Assembly: GCA_024626585.2 (NCBI GenBank)
Contig: JANKJI020000004.1
Span: 1,165,535-1,188,598, forward strand
DNA length: 23,064 bases
Source: Ginkgo biloba
Lineage: Eukaryota > Plantae > Ginkgophyta
Reading direction: 5' to 3'
Shown one piece after another: positions 21,443-23,064 of the stretch. Made by a program: the position numbers and the translations under genes. The stretch's first letter is position 1; each line of letters begins with the position of its first letter. Below the pieces are notes generated by a model. It was not told where the DNA came from, did not search any database, and worked only from the letters and a program-made list of their open reading frames with translations.

Positions 21443-23064
21443 ACTAAATTATCAAGAACAATTAGCTCCTCTAATTTAATAGAGACCTTATATGATGAAC
21501 CTTCATTACATATGAATATTAAAAAAAAAAGGGTATATGAAAAACTCATTCTAGGATGTATTTGTGGAAAATTAGAGTGATTTGGTGAGTTAGATTTATT
21601 CAAAGCATGAAACCTACGTGGAAATCATGAAACCCATACTAATAGATGAAACAAGTTTGAGTAAGAGAACCTGTCGTAGTGGCATTTAAGCATTAAATTA
21701 ATTTTTTGCTATAAAATTAACTACTTTAGTAGCCTAACGATACTCCTTTAAATAGTATTAAAAAAACAAATTGTGAGACAAAATCCTATAAATAGAGCCA
21801 TAGAAAAAAGAGGGTCTAACCTTTGATGGAAACCATGCAGGGCACCGTAAGAAGCCACTAATACTTTATGAGGTGCCATGCAGGGCATCAAAATGCAATA
21901 ACTAGAAGCCCTAATGGACTCAAAATTTCGTAAGTAGAAACTACCTTGAGATCCAATAGGAGCGTTGAGTGGAGGGGGTCACCGTTGTTACTACCATACT
22001 ATCTGGTAACCACTTCAAGATCGGTAGTTGTCTCTCGGAATAAGCCACACAAGTATGAAGCACAAAGAGGTAGAAATGGGATCTAGAGCGGAGACCCTAC
22101 ACCAGTGAAACCACCAAACAAATTGCAACTAGAATACAATACCCATGAGCCTGAAAAAGCCTTTTAGCGGAGTTGAGAGGTGCAATAATCCAATATCATG
22201 AAAATAAGCCAACAATAAAATGTGGGGTTGCCACTGTTACCGCCATACTGCCTTGTAACAAAGGAGGTAGAGATGGGCTTTGAGCCAACAACCCCGCACT
22301 TGTGGGCCTTCCACAATCAACCAAAAAAGTCCTCCAAACCAAAGGAGGCACAAACCCCTTGAACAGGCTCAGACCTACACGCCAACATAGTGGAGGAAAG
22401 AAATAAACAGTGAACACACACCTCTTACGCCTCCACCAAATCACTGCACATAGCAATACATAAAAGACATCAAAGGGCAACAAAGTGAATACAAAATTCA
22501 CGTCTAACACCTAGTGAAGGAGAAACGATCCTAAATGGAACCCAAATGCCTTCTCATAACCGTTAGGGCACATAGGGCGCAAAGTCGAGCGCCACCACAA
22601 GTTGCTTTAACACAATTGGAAACTTGAAAACCAAACCCCCACCGAACGGTCGCAGGCTTAGTGCGGGAACCAAAAGACCTTAGAATAGGCCAAAGGAGAT
22701 TTATGCATAGGAGGAAGATGATCTAGAAGTAGCTCAACCAAACTCAAATCCCTCTAACAAGAGTTGATGCAGAAACTAGATGGTACCTAGGAATAAGAAC
22801 ATATATGGAGAATTAGAGGCATTGAAGGATCCCTAGGAGAAGGTGAAAGAATAAGTAGAACAATAAGAAAAGAGTAGCCACAGGTGTTGGGTGAAGTAAA
22901 AGTAAGTTTCCATTAAAAGACAAAATTCAAAATAATGAAGTGAGTTGATGGTATTGGGTGAATATGAGAAGAGAGATGAAGACATCATGAGTAGGGGATC
23001 ATGAAAAATTTTAAAGAAAGGGAGGATGATGCAGGGGCATCTTAGGTTTTGGCATTTTGTCCAA

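Noticed and set aside
22196-22510. 104-aa hydrophobic ORF, possible membrane or env-like protein
   Set aside because: It has a non-ATG start, and the hydrophobicity follows from T/G-rich strand composition. No domain recognised.

Overview
AT-rich, CpG-depleted eukaryotic DNA with many N-gaps. It reads as plant intergenic or heterochromatic sequence, and a large gymnosperm-type genome is my inference from the motif style. I find no intact host gene, RNA gene or prokaryotic feature. The window is a stack of old, nested, decayed LTR retrotransposons. From left to right: a Tat/Athila-type integrase remnant (1-210); probable LTRs; a minus-strand Ty3/Gypsy gag with a Met PBS (3262-4313); an intronless type-1 RNase H remnant with a 13-nt poly(A) insertion and 18-bp TSD just before its first motif (4397-4777); a chromovirus-like RNase H-integrase remnant (7900-8809) cut on both sides by LTRs; an element with an Asp-type PBS (8810-12367); and a gag-protease remnant (19487-20640). 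The most unusual object (12368-16612, minus strand) is a pol-less LTR element with TGATC...GATCA LTR, Met PBS and PPT. Its decayed ORF is coiled coil + G-patch + at least 3 CCHC knuckles, followed by about 12 tandem 31-bp hairpin units. All translations and identities were done by eye.
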